Of a stretch of 64,000 nt of DNA, positions 13,216 to 27,021 are shown in pieces. The position numbers and the translations under genes are program-made. Below the pieces are notes generated by a model. The model saw nothing but the letters and a program-made list of their open reading frames with translations, did no database searches and had not been told where the DNA came from. This DNA is from Camelus dromedarius. Taxonomy: Eukaryota. Where the stretch lies: positions 112,904,001 through 112,968,000 of the forward strand of contig NC_087436.1 in the NCBI RefSeq assembly GCF_036321535.1, read 5' to 3'. Position 1 is the stretch's first letter; the number at the start of each line of letters is the position of its first letter.

Positions 13216-13371
13216 GGTGGGGGGGTGATTAGGTTTGTTTGTTTGTTTGTTTATTTATTTATTTACTTATTGTAATGGAGGTACTGGGGATTGAACCCAG
13301 GACCTAATGCATGCTAAGCGCACACTCTGCCAATGAGCTGCACACTCTGCCAATGAGCTACACGCTCCCCC
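13216..13371 (-). mobile_element. tRNA-derived SINE (camelid vic-1-like) nested in L1
   Basis: Minus-strand A-box-like TAGCTCATTGG, B-box GGTTCAATCCC, AT-rich tail; 13-bp TSD TATAACTGATTTT at 13203 and 13372. Confidence 0.8.
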
Positions 13372-16064
13372 TATAACTGATTTTTGAATGTGGATTTTGT
13401 ATCCTGCTACTTTACTACATTTGTTTATTAGCTATAATGGTTTTTATTGTGTGTGTGTGAATTCTTTATAGAGTTTTCTACATATAAGATCATGTCATCT
13501 ACAAACAAAGATAATTATACTTCTATCTTTCCAGCTTAGATGCCTTTAAAAAAATTATTTTTTTCTAGTTTAGTTGCTCTGGCTAGAACTTCCAGTACTG
13601 CATTAAATGGAAGCATCCCTAGGGGGCATCCTTATCTTGTTTCTGATCTTAGGGGGGAGAAGCTTTCAGTCTTTCACCATTGAATATGTTAGCTGTGGGT
13701 TTTCCATATATGGCCTTCATTATGTCGAGGAAGTTCTGTTCCTAGTTTGCTGAGTATTTTTGTCATGAAAGGGCGTTTGATTTTGTCAAATGCTCTTTCT
13801 GCATCAGTTGCGATGATCATGTGTTTTTTTTCCCTTTAGTCATTAATGTGGTTTATTAAATTGACTGAGAACCGCCCTTGCATTCCTAGGATAAAACTGA
13901 CTTGATCATGATGTATAATTTGTTTAATATACTCCTGGATTCAGTTTGCTAGTATTTGTTGAGCATCTTTGCATCTATATTTACAAAGGGACATTTGGCC
14001 TGTGATTTTTGTTTCTTGTGCCTTTGTCTAGCTTTGGTATCAGGGTAATATTGGCCTCATAGAATGAGTGGGAAGTCTTCCTCTTTTTCAGTGTTTTGTA
14101 AGAGTTTGAGAAGGATTGTTGTTAATTCTCCTTTGAATGTTTAGTAAATTTACCAGTGAGGCCATCTGATTTTGACTTCTTAGTTGGGAGGTTTTGATTA
14201 TTATTTCACTCTCCTTACATGTTACAAGGCTGTTCTGATTTTCTGTTTTTGTTCTTTTTTTTTCCTTGAGTCAGTTTTGTTATTTTTTGTGCTTCTAGGA
14301 AATTTGTCCAGTTCAGCTAGGTTGTACAATTTTTTGGCATACAGTTGTTCATGTTACTATTTAATAATTCTTTCAATTTCTGTAACATCAGTAGTAATGT
14401 CCCAGCTTTCATTTCTGAATTTGGTAATTTGAGTCCTTTTTTTTTTTAGTCAGTCTAACTGAATGTTTGTCAATTTTGTTGATGATCTTTTCAAAGAAAC
14501 GAATTTTTTGGTTTAGGTTGATTTTTCCCTATTATTGTATTCTCTATTAAAAAAAAAAATCTCTGCTGTAGTTTTTATTATTTCTTTCCTTGCCTCGTTT
14601 TGGATTTAGGTTGCTCTTCTATTTCTGATTTCTTAAGGTGTTCAGTCAGGCTGTTGATTTAAGATTTTTTTTAGCACTGGTGTTTACGACTATAAATTTC
14701 ACTCTTGGCTCTGGTTTTGTTGTATCCCAGGAGCTTTGGTTTGTTGTGTTTTATTTTCTTTCATCTTAGTTTTCTTGTGATTTCTTTTTTGTCCCATTGA
14801 TTCCTTAAGAGTGTATTGTTTAACTTACACATATTAGTGAATTTCTAATTTTCCTTATGTTACTGATTTGTAGTTTCATTACATTGTGCTCAGAAAATAT
14901 ACTTTGTATCAGTTCAACCTTTTAAAATTCATTAAGACTTGTTTTATGGCCAAATGTGGTCTATTTCTGTTCCATGTGCACTTCAGAAGGTTGTGTATTC
15001 TGTTGTTGTTGGCTGGAATGCTCTCCGTCTGTCTGCCAGGACTAATTGGTTTGTAGTATAGTTCAAGGTCTCTACTTCTTTGTCGATCCATTATTAAAAA
15101 TGGGGGTATTGAAGTCTCCGACTATTTCTGTAGAACTGTTTATTTTTCCCTTTAGTTCTGTCAATTTTGTTGTATATATTTTGGAGCTCTGTTGTTAAGT
15201 GAGTATGTTCATAATTTTTAAAATCTTAGTGGAGTTAAACTTCTACCAATATGTAGTATCCTTTTCCTTTTGTAACCTTTTAAAAATGGAAAATCTCTTT
15301 TGTCTTGCAGTATTATAGCAACCCTGGCTCTCTTTTGATAAACTTTTTGCATTGAGTATCTTTTCTCATGCTTTTACTTTTAACCTCTTTGTGTTTTGTG
15401 TCTAAAGTGAGTGTCTGTATACTCTTACAGACAGCATATAGATGGATTATGTTTTTTTTAATTTTAACTCTCAAATTTTTTAATCTTTAGTCCAGTCTGC
15501 TAATGTCTGCCTTTTAATAGGAGAGTTTGATGGATTCATATTAATTACTGATAAGGAAAAATTTACTTCTGTCATTTAGCTATTTCTTTTCCTTTTGTCT
15601 TACATGCTTTTTGTTTGTCATTTTTCCTATTATTTCCTCTTTTTCTGCTTTGTTTTGTTTTTGTAGTATACCATTTAGTTCCCTTTTTTCCCATTTTCTT
15701 TATTTTTTTAAAGTTAGGTTTTTAGTTGTTACTTTAGGGATATAGTTAACATGAACTCAAAACAGCCAAGTTTGGACAACCCAATTTCATTTCAATCATG
15801 TACAGACACTCAACTCTTGACATCTCTTTCTCACCTCCTTTATATTGTTATTGGTACAGGTTACATCTTTATACATTGTGTGCCCTTTAACATAGATTTG
15901 TAACTGTTGTATGTTTTTGTGTATGCATTTTTAACTTCTCACTTTCTACCTTCAAACAATATTATACCACTTTACATAGAGTGCAAGAATTTTAAAACAG
16001 TAAGCTCCTGTTCCTCTCCCCATTCTTTGTGCTGTTTTTGTTATATATATATTTTTTTCTTAAT

Positions 16065-16183
16065 TTTATGTTGTTGTTGTTGGGGTGGGTAATTAGGTGT
16101 TTTTATTTATTTATTTTTAATGGAGGTCCTGGGGATTGAACCCAGGACCTTGTGCATGCTACTGCTGAGCTGTACTCTCCTAC
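16065..16183 (-). mobile_element. tRNA-derived SINE (vic-1-like), internally deleted
   Basis: aatggaggtcctggggattgaacccaggaccttgtgcatgcta..., nearly identical to the 13216 copy. Confidence 0.75.
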
Positions 16184-16852
16184 CTCTCTTAAAAGTTTTA
16201 AACCCCATAATACATTGTTGATATTTTTTTCTTTAGACAGTTGTCTTTTAGAAAAATTAACAAGTCTTGTTTCACCTTTTTTGGCATTCTTCATTCTCTC
16301 GTACAGGTTCATGTTTCTTTCGATTTGGTATTGTTTTTCTTTTGCCTGCAGTATTCTCTAGTTTTTTACACTGTAGGTCTTTTGGCAGTGAACACTCTTA
16401 GCTCTTGTCTGAAAAGCTGCCACCTTCGTTATAGAAAGGTCTTCACTGTGTATCGTGCTCTAGCTTGGTAGCTTTGTCTTAGCACTTGCAAGATGTTCCA
16501 TTGTCTTCGGCTTGCGTAGTTTCCTAAAAGTCTGTTTCGCTTTTATCTTTGCTCTTCCATATGTGATACAATTTTTTTTTTTCTCTCCAGCTACTTTGAC
16601 TTTTTTTCTTTCTTTCTGCTTTTAATGCAGTTTGCCTGTGGTGTGCCTTGGTGAGGTTTTATTCACCTTTATCTTGCTTGGGGTTTATTGAGATTCTTGG
16701 ATCTGTTGTTTCTAGCTGTCATAAAACTGGAAAACAGAATTCAGCCATTATTTCTTCAAGTATTTTTCTCTCCTCCTTATTCTTTTACCACTGCTTCTTG
16801 CTAGAATTTCATATATGTTAGGCTTGATACTGTCCTACAGGTCACTTTAGAA

Positions 16853-17340
16853 CATTAGTTTCCTGGACTATCATAACAAAGTATCACAAACGAGGTGGTT
16901 AAAATGATATAAATTTATTTTCTCACAGTTCTGCAGTCTAGCCGAGATCAAGGTGTTGGCCAAACCATGCTCCCTCTGAAACCTCTAAAAGGGCGTCCTT
17001 TCTTAACTCTTCCAACCTCTTATAGATCCAGGTGTTGCTTTGCTTGTGACAGCATATACATAACCCCAGTCTCTGCCTCATTCTTCACATGGTCATCTCC
17101 TTTTCGTGTCTGTGTATCTGCATTTTCACACTGAATTTTCCCTGTGTGTGTGTGTCTGAATTTCCCTCTTCTTACAAGGATACCAGGCATATTGGATTAA
17201 GGTTCATCCTAATGACCTGATTTAAACTTGATTAAATCTGCAAAGAGCATATTTCCAACTAAAGTCACTTTTATGATACTGATGGTTAAGACGTCAACAT
17301 ATGTTTTTGGGGGGAAGGAGACACAGTTCAACCCATAACA
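16853..17340. mobile_element. MaLR solo LTR (MLT1B/C-like)
   Basis: cataacaaagtatcacaaac...ttctcacagttctg...acacagttcaacccataaca. Confidence 0.8.
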
Positions 17341-18653
17341 CTACGGCTTTTTTCTTTTTACTGTTTTTGTTCTTTTTTCTCCTGGTTCTTCATTTTGGCT
17401 AATCTGGTTCTTCTTCAAGTCCGGTAATCATTTTTGCAATGTCTAATCATTAGCAGAATGCTAATCTCATTCACTGTATTTTTTATTTCAGATACTATGT
17501 TTTTCACCTTTAGAAGTTTCACTTGGTACACTTGTGCTCTCTCCCATCATATATACATATACACACATATCAATACATAAATAATGTATGTAAATATATT
17601 GACACATACAAAAATATTAAAATATATAGATGTATTTTCCTGTTACTTTCATTATATTTACATTTTCTTTGAAATTCTTGAGTGTACTTAAAATATAAAA
17701 TTTGTTTTAAAGCCATTATCTACTAATTTCATTATCTTTATCACTTACTGTTCTATTTCTATTGATTGATTTTCTTTCTTGATTCTTTGAGTGTCTAGTA
17801 GTTTCTGATTGAATACTAGATAATGTGAATTATAGATTGTTGAATTCTGGATTTTGTTCTAGTCTTAAAAATGATTACTTTTTTGATTTTTCTTTTTTAG
17901 TTTTATTAAGTAGAATTTTTACAGTTTGCACATATACGTTATATTGCATGTAAATACATATATACAAGATACTGCACATTTTTTTAGTTTACTTATGTGT
18001 ACTGAAAATTGTTTCTAAGAATAGATTAGAGTTTTAGCTTTTTAAACTTACATAGTTATCAAAGAAATAAAGCCAACTGCAAAAAAAGAATCAGCAGAAT
18101 GTGATAATCGAGTCATAAAGGACAGTCAGGTGTGCTTACACATATTCAAGAAAAGATGATTGCTGTTGAATCACTCCCTGGTCTGTATTGTTTCTATAAG
18201 TTGATTATATTTCTGTAACTTTTTTTATTGCATGCATTGTCAATACTTTGTTTAAGTGTTTCTTTGAGGACAGAGAATGTATTTTCATTTTGTATTTTAC
18301 TTTGTTGGCCTGCGCCTGACATCCTTGGGCATTAGGGATAAAAACTAGACTAGAGTGATCTGTCTAGAATGCACTTCTTATTACTTGCTGTTACTCCTCT
18401 GTCTAAACCTTTCAGTGAGTCTTACTGCCCTTTTGTTAAAATTCAGATTGTTGGCCTTTGCTTACCCCTGTAGTTTATGTCTTGTTACCTTCTTTAAATC
18501 TTCTTCTTTTATTTCTTCATTTCTTCACCTCTGCCAAAAAAAGCCAATAAATAGGTAAATGTAAACATAACACCCCCTTCCCCAAACACACAAACACAGA
18601 GCCATCTCTTCTTAATCCGTACTCAGCTGTTTTCTTTTCCTTTAGCATTGATG

Positions 18654-21032
18654 CAGGCAGACCTTGTTTTATTGCACTTCTTTCTATTGTCCTTTGCAGA
18701 TAATGGCATCTTTCACAAATTGGAGGTTTGTGGCAACCCTTCATTGAGCAGGTCTTTCAGTGTCATTTTTCTAATAGCATTTGCTCACTTCATGTCTCTG
18801 TGTCACACTTTGGTAATTCTTCAATATTTCAGACTTTCATTATTATATTTGTTATGGTGATCTATGACTAGTGATCTTTGATAATACCGTGGTAATTGTT
18901 GCAGAGTGCAACAAACCATATAAGATGGCAGACTTAATTGATAAATGCTGTGTGTGTTCTGACTGTTCCACCAACTGGCTGTTCCCCCCTTCTCTCTCCC
19001 ACTCCTTGTGCCACCCTATTTCCTGAGACACAGCAGTATTGAAATTAGGCCACTTAACAATTCTCCAGTGGCCAGTAAATGTTAAAGCGAAAGGAGGAGT
19101 TGTGCATCTCTCACTTTAAATCAAAAGCTAGGAATGATAAAGCTTAGTGAGGAAGGCGTGTCAAAAGCCAAGATAGGTGAAAGCTAGATCTTCTGCACCA
19201 GTTAGCCAAACTGCGAAAGCAAAGCAAAAGGTCTTGAAGGAAATTAAAAGTTCTGCTCCACTGAACGCACAAATGATAAGAAAGCAAAACAGCCTTATTA
19301 CTGATACGGAGAGCATTTTAGTGGTCTGGATAGAAGGTCAGACTAACCACAATATTTTTTTAAGCCAAAGCCTAATTTAGAGCAAGGCCCTAACTCTTCG
19401 GTTCTGTGAAGGCTGAGAGAGGTGAGGAAGCTAAGCTGCAAGAGAAAGCTGGCAGAGGTTAGTTCATGAGGTGTCAAGGACAGAAACCATAACATAAAAG
19501 TGCAAGATCAGTCAGCAACTGCTGACAGTATAGAAACTAGTTTATAGCAGCAAGTTATCCAGAAGATCTAGCTAAGATAATCAATGAAAGCAGCTACCGA
19601 AACAACAGATTTTCAGTGTGGATGAAACGGCCTCATACTGGAAGAAGATGCCATCTAGGACTTGAATAGCTAGAGAGGAGAAGTCAGTGCCTCGCTTCAA
19701 AGCTTCAAAGGACAGGCTGACTCTCTTGTTAGGGCTAATGCAGCTGGTGACGTTAAGTTGAAGCCAATGCTTATTTACCATTATGAAAATCCGGAGGCCC
19801 TTAGAATGATGCTGAATCTGCTCTGCTTGTGCTCTATAGATGGAACAACAAAGCCTGGATGACAGCACATCTGTTTACAACATGGTTTACTGAATATTTT
19901 AAGTCTGCTATTGAGACCTACTGCTCAGAAAAAAACATTCCTTTCAAAATTACTGCTCATAGTTAATGTACCTGGTCACACAAGAGTGCTGATGGAGATG
20001 TACAAAGATATCTGTGGTGTTTTCATGCCTGCTCACACAACATCCATTTTGCAGCCCATGGATCAGGGAGTCATTTTGACTTTAAAGTCAAAGAAGTACA
20101 TTTTGTGAGGTTATAACTGTCATATGGAGTGATTCCTCTGATTGACCTGGGCAAAGTCAATTGAAAACCTTCTGGAAAGGACTCACCATTCTATATGCAA
20201 TGAACATTTGTGATTCATGGGAAGAGATCAGAATATCAGCTTTAATAGGAGTTTGGAAGAAATTGATTCCAGCTCTCAGGAGTAACTTTGAGGGATTTAA
20301 GACTTCAGTGGAGGAAGTAACTGCAGATGTGGTGGAAATAGAAAGAGAACTAGAATTAGAAGTCAAGCATGAAATGTGAATGAATTATCTTTGTAATTAA
20401 ACGTAAAACAGATGAAGAGTTGCTTCTTATGGATGAGCAGAGAAAGTGGTTTCTTGAGATGGAATCTACTCCTGGTGAAGATGCTGTGAAGATTGCTGAA
20501 ATGACAACAAAGGGTTTAGAATGTTACGTAAACTTAGTTGTTAAAGCAATGGCAGGATTTGAGAGGACTGACTCCAATTTGAAAGAAGTTCTCCTGTGGA
20601 TACAACGGAATCAAACAGTGCTGCATGCTACACAGAAATCATTTTTTGAAAGGAAAAGTCAATCAATACAGCAAAGAAACTTCATTGTTGTCTTATTTTA
20701 AGAAGTTGCCACAGCCACCCCAGCCTTCAGCAGCCATCCCTGGTTAGTCAGCAAAGCCCTCCGCTAGCAAAGAGCTGGGCTTGCTGTGAAGGCTCAGATG
20801 ATATAAGAAGGTTTTTTTTTGGCAATTAGCCATAAAATAAAGTATTTTAAATTAAGGTTTGCATAGTTTTTTAGACATAATGCCTTTGCATACTTAGTAG
20901 ACTGCAGTATACTGTAAATGTAACTTTTATATGCACTGGAAAACCAAAAAAAAATGCTGTGACTTGCTTTATTGATTTTCGCGTTATTGTGGTGGTCGCG
21001 AGCCGAACCTGCAGTGTCTTGAGGTGCTCCTG
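18654..21032 (+). mobile_element. Near full-length Tigger1 (TcMar) DNA transposon with a disrupted pogo-type transposase
   Basis: Termini CAGGCAGACCT...GAGGTGCTCCTG, 2379 bp; transposase fragments (MIKLSEEG at ~19134; ORFs 19177, 19911 '[13 protein letters not shown]', 20161, 20420) broken by stops and frameshifts. Confidence 0.92.
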
Positions 21033-22104
21033 AACCGTGCTCCTAAACCACGTTCCTCTTGTCTTCATATATTTGCATTTGCTTTCTCTCTCTCTCTCTC
21101 TCTCTGTTTAACATACATTTATTGGCTAACTTCTGTTCATTTCTATCTCCATTCCAGTTTAAATGTCACTGCTTATGAGCAACCTTTTGCTACCCCCCCC
21201 CCCCCCAAGGCCCTTCAGAATATTCCCCAGAAAGCGTTTATCATATGACATTCTAACTGGTTGGCTTGCTTGGTTTTGCACTAAACTCAGTGAGGCCAGT
21301 TGACTACGTGTGTGGTTTACTCAAGTGTATTGTGATGGGAAGTTTTATATTCCATGCAGTCCATCCTCAGTGTACTGAAAATTTTAGAACATGAAGTAGT
21401 CTCTGCTTTGAGATAACCTCTGAGATCTTTAAGACCATATTTTAGAAGTTGTTTTGTTTTTTATTATGAGCTATTCAATTTTACAGGAAAAGAAGAATTA
21501 GGAAACTTTAAACTCTAATTGTCTTCTTTTAAACATGTGTGTCTCTAACTGCTCTGGCCCCGTCAAGCCGCTGAGGTTTTGAACTCTGCCACTGTTGCTG
21601 AACTGTAGGGGTGGATCAGGGAGCCTGTAATTTAAGTAAAAGCCAGTTCTTCTCAGTCAAAATGTAAGGAGAAATACGCATGTAAATCTCTCATATGTAT
21701 TGGGGTCTTGATAAAGTGTTTTTAATAAATCAGTTTTTTTTAAAGTGCAGTGACAAAACATTAAAATATTTGTGCTAATCTTTGCACATCAGTGTCTCTC
21801 ACTGAATATGTATTTCCAATTTGTTCTAATCTCAATTAATTGTGTACATACTTAACTTTACTTCCTAATTTCCATGTACCTGCATAATCATGCTGATTTT
21901 TTTTTACTAAATTTATTATATTATTAGTTTCTTAATATCCCATTCAAGATAGACTATAATTTTCCCAATTTTTGCTGTTATAGTGTAGAAAATTCATGTT
22001 CCCAATTTTACTCTTGATATTTTTCAGCTCTGCCATCGTCATTTTAGCCAGTTTCTCATTTTTTAAAAATATAAGTTACTATTTTTAATCTTCTACAGTA
22101 TTGG

Positions 22105-22680
22105 GTTTTCATTTTTATTGAAATGAAATTCACATACTATTAAATTCATCCTTTTAAAGGGTACAAGTCAGTGGTTTTAATATATTTACAAGATCGGTGA
22201 CTGTTAGCACTATCAAGTTCAGAAGCATTTTCATTATACCAAAAAGAAACTCCATACTCATTAGCAGTCATTCCTCATTCTTCTTTGCCCCCAGCCCCTG
22301 GCAACCACTAATCTACTTTCTGTCTCTCTGTTCTGCCTATTTTGGACATTTCATATAAGTAGAATCATGCAGTGTGTGGTCTTTTGTGTCTGGCTTTTTT
22401 CATTAACACAGTGTTTTCAAGGTTCATCCATGCTGTAGCAGGTATCAGTACTTCATGGTTACATAATATGTAATTGTATGGATAGACTATATTTTGTTTA
22501 CCCAGTCATTAATAGACATTTGGGTTATTTCCACTTTCTGGGTATTATGAATAATGCTGCTGTGAACATTTGTTTGCAAGTTTTTCTGTGAATATATGTT
22601 TTCACTTCTCTTGGATATATACCTAGGAGAGTAATTTTGGGTCATGTGCTGACTCCATAACTCTGAGGAACTGCCAGACT
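22105..22680 (-). mobile_element. L1MB-like 3' end
   Basis: tttttattgaaatgaaattcacatac...cccagcccctggcaaccactaatctactttctgtctct...gaggaactgccagact. Confidence 0.8.
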
Positions 22681-23026
22681 GGTTAGTTAATTTCTTGATA
22701 ATTTTTACTTAGACAGTCTGGTAAGAGAATGTAAATGACAATTCCAGGATTCAGTCCTTCCTTTCTATAAAATTGATTTACTCTAATGTTCTTACAAAGA
22801 AAAATTTCATAAACTTGTTTACTGAATGTCTTTAGAAATGTCTTTGTTAAATGTATCCTGACTAATGATGGAAGTTAGTTGTCATGTTTTATAGAAATTT
22901 AAAAATTTTCTCATTACCAAATTAAAAGGTTTGTTAATAGTGGTCCATTGGGCCATGGGAATACGTACGTTTTCATGGATTCCATATAATTAATATATTC
23001 TGATTGTTGAATTGCTTCTCTTACAG

Positions 23027-23175
23027 GGTTTTGACTCTGGGAGGAGGGCTGCCTTACTTGGAGCACCTTAATCTCTCTGGTTGTCTTACTGTAACTGGTG
23101 CAGGCCTGCAGGATTTGGTTTCAGCATGTCCTTCTCTAAATGATGAATACTTTTACTACTGTGACAACATTAACG
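23027..23175 (+). CDS. FBXL5: FBXL5 exon 10 (149 nt; LRR, ...[39 protein letters not shown])
   Basis: ttacag|G...AACG|gtaatg; ORF 23004..23189. Confidence 0.97.
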
Positions 23176-26100
23176 GTAATGCCTTTTAACAATGAGATAA
23201 TTTTGGAGGAGTTGATTTAGAAATTTTTAACAGTGCTGATAATTCTTAGTGTTTCTATTTTGTTATCTAGATTTCTAGTTACCAGATATTTTTTCTTTCA
23301 GTTTTAGTCCTTTTCTAAAGTTAAATTGTTAATGGGGAGTTATTTCAGCTATCCTTTCTTTAGATTTTATAAGCATGTAATTGTTTAATCAGCCCAAAGT
23401 GGCAAGTTGTTGTAGAATTACTAACATTCTTACAAAATTTTGGGAAATTCCTCTATCGTGAAAGAGTACTCGTGAACAGTTTAGAAGTATTGATGTTCTA
23501 GGTACGTCTAATTGTTAGGGATGGTAGAGTAGTTTTCTTGGAGGATAACTTCATAAAATATAGTAGAAGAAGAAGCATTTTGGTAATGGGAGCTCTTCAT
23601 GGATCCTGGATCTCGTTCCAAATAAATCTCATAGAAGAGTGAGGAGGATGGTCAGGGTGGAATTGGGAAGAGGCTTGAGATGCTTTAAACATGACTAAAA
23701 TTCTTATAGTATTTTGGAGATTGATTCCTGAACCTCCTTTTAACAATCATGAGATAAAACTTTCCTGATTTTTTTTGTTGTTGTTGTTTTTTAAGCCTAT
23801 CCCTGCCTTGTAGTGGGCCTGTTTAACGAGCTTTTCGGGCCTATTTAGTGTATTTTCTCAAAGTAACATACAGTGCCCTGTTGGACATTTCATAGTCACT
23901 GGTAGAGACTGAAGTTCTGAGGCATGAAAAGCTGTTCCTCAATTATTAGTAAGCAAATCAACCTCCTGTATTTACAACTGGAAAAAATGTACATGGTTCA
24001 GATTCCACTGTGTTTTTACATTATATATTGTTATTTTTGAGAACCCAGTTCATCTTAAGATGGTGGGAATATAACCGGGTTTCTCTCAGGCAGAAAAATT
24101 GACAGGAGCCAAGAAGACTAGAGGAATGGTCTCTACTTTAATGACATTTAAAGTAGGCAGAGAAGTTAGCAAATCTGTTGTTTCTCAGAGATTAGATTTT
24201 CCTTAAAATATATATATGAAGAGACAGGAGATAGCAGCTCCCTGGTTTCTGGACTCACACTGGCAACGCAGGAGGTGGCTTCCCATGTCTTTGAAATAGC
24301 AGCACTAAGTTGGAGCATTTCTTTGCTCTCTGTTGCCTTCGGTGTGTAATAAGGAATGGTGAAGATGAAGGTCATTTTAGTTGCAACCCACTAAGTGTAC
24401 AAAAGAAAGTGTGATTGCTACAGTGAAGCACTTGCTGCTTCTGTGGACGCAGTGAGTTTGAGAAGGGAGTTTTTTTTTAATATACAGTTATGTCATTGTA
24501 GGTTCAGTGTTACTTACTAAGGCTTCTAGGACATATTAATGAAAAGTAATCGGTAAGCAATCTTTTTTTTTTTAATAAGAAAAACATCTTATTGGTAGGT
24601 TGCACTTGAATTGTTTATATTGATTTCAGCATAGATTATGCTTGTGGGAATAAATCTCATAACTGAATTCGTTACATTTATTTTGGAGTATATATAGATA
24701 CTGGGTTGGTAGGGGGATTGGGTTTCACTTCATTTTTATATTTGCCTACTTGTTTTGTGTGTGTGTGTTTTAAAACTTCTTGAAGTAATCTAAATGATAG
24801 TATAAAGTTAGATACTTAAAATCTTTTGTACTTTGTTAGTATGTTAGAATTCCTTTCATATTGACTGGTTTCGAATATATAAATATTAATATGTTCCAAA
24901 GGAGTGGCTACATTCCTTTTATTGAATGTTAAGATTTTTTTTTTTTTTGATAAATGAGTGGTCCATTTTCAATAAATGAATTTTAATAAATATGTCTGAC
25001 TTTGAAAGGTTTGAAAGGAAATTTACAGTGCTTATATAATCCAGTACCAAGTCTCTTTTTACAGCTTCATGATTTGGGGGAAATGGAAATCCTTTAAAGT
25101 TTACAGGGTAACTTGTCATATGAACTTATGTTGTAGAGTTCTAACCAGTTGCTCTTAAAGCAATCGTCTGCTGTAATCGTTTCCTTTAAAAGACATATGG
25201 ACAACCTAGAAAGTATTAGAATAAAGTTGCATTTTATCCAGTTTTGCGAGATGACATGGTTGATCCAGTATCTTTCATTACAGTTTCCTTGTATAGTAAA
25301 TATTTAGTAACTGCTAAGGTCTTCCTTTTTATTATTATTTTTTATTATTTTTGAAAGTAGTTATGTTTTATACATGATCTTAGGCTATAGGGGGTATGTT
25401 TAGGTGACAGATTATATTTTAATATTTGAGAGTAACATTTAACTAAAAATGTGTTTTGTCAAAAGAGAGTTTACATAGTTAACTAACTACCTAAAAGAAG
25501 TAAATACTGATAAATAATATTCATTAACTAAATAATAGTGATAAATAAAACAAAATTTTCTGTTTCCTAAGCAATAGCAGACATTTTGGAAAAGATAAAT
25601 AAGTAATCAGATACTTATACAAAGTCTACTGTGTGGAAGACAGTTTACTAGGCATTGACATAAATGTCATTTTTATTCTGAATGATTCTTCATGACATTT
25701 AAATTTGCTATTTGATTGATAAACAAATTAAGATTTAGACATAAAACAAGAATTCTTAGCCATAACATTTAAAAGATTCTATGTCATTTAAGAAGTGTTA
25801 GGTAGAATTGCATAATTTCAGAGCTCTGAAGAACATTGGATCAATGATAGCAAATAAACTTTTGGCTTGATTTGCATTTCAATGTATGTTTAATTTATGA
25901 ATTAAGATAGATTAGCTCATAGTTCTGTAGGTGACACAGTCTCAGATGATTTGCTCTCTTATGTTTCTAATTTAAGTTAAAGAGGAATTCAAGGTAAGTG
26001 AAGGTAAGTGCAGATATACAGCAGAAGTAATATGCGTAAAATCTAGGAAAAACATGTCATTCAATAAGAAAAATGTGGGAAAATAACAATAGCTAGTAAA

Positions 26101-27021
26101 GTTGTAGTTCTTATCTGATTTTTTTAAATGCTTTTTTACAAAATTTATTTTTTACCATGCATTTAAAGATTTTATTTGTGCAAGTTTTTTCTATTTTCTT
26201 TGTTATTTAATACAATTTATCCCTCATATATTATAGCCATTTGAGTTTTTTATCTCATACCAAGATCAACATTTACAGATTATAAGTCAAATACTCACCT
26301 TTTGAATTCTGTGTCTGTGGAAGTGCACATTCCTACTTGAGATACTTAGTGTTAGTCATGCTTCTTTCTAATGCTGCCTCACTTTTCCTGTTGTCTGTTT
26401 ATTCTGTTTTCCATTTGCTCCCTTTTCTGAACAATCTTTCTGTGATGCTAACGGCCTTACTGTTAATCATTGCGTACGATGTCCATTCTTTGGAAATTGC
26501 TGTTCTCCCCTTTTTTATATAGTATGAAACTAACAAGTTAAAAACAGTGGTTGTCTTCACCTTTGCTTTGCTCGAGGCCTTCAACAAAATATAATTCCTT
26601 CATGGATGATGTCACTTTTATGGATTATTAGGATAGTCACCTGAATGTCATTGAGCTTATGATGGGATTGGAGCTTGGAGGTCGTTGGTATTGGTATTGG
26701 TATTAGTGTTGGTTAAGTACAATTTATGCACCGAGAATTCCAGTGAAACGCACATGTTCTAGTGCGTATTTGAGGAAGGGCGCACACACCAGTATGAGCG
26801 AGAACTTTGTTTTGTGATGAATAAGGAGATCCTGACAGATGTCAGCGTTACATTCTACCTAATATGGGGCACATATTTTTAGTTCTACATTTTTCTTTCC
26901 CAATTATCCGTAATACCATCCCTTAGACTTTGAGAGCAAAGAGTGACTCAGGTCACCAGGGTGTAGGCTGAGCATACTGGGCCCCTGTATTTTGGGGAGG
27001 ATGATGAAAACCTGTGTGATA

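Larger units (their letters stand above)
12525..16800 (-). mobile_element. Degraded old L1 (L1M/L1MB-like): 3' UTR, ORF2 and ORF1-region remnants
   Basis: Antisense L1 motifs such as ctggctagaacttccagtac, gcatccttatcttgtttctgatctt, ttggtatcagggtaatattggcctcatagaatgag; ORF 14909..15091 resembles frameshifted endonuclease; interrupted by SINEs. Confidence 0.8.

Noticed and set aside
19177..20701. Possible domesticated TIGD/CENP-B-like gene
   Set aside because: The reading frame is broken repeatedly and bounded by Tigger1 terminal repeats
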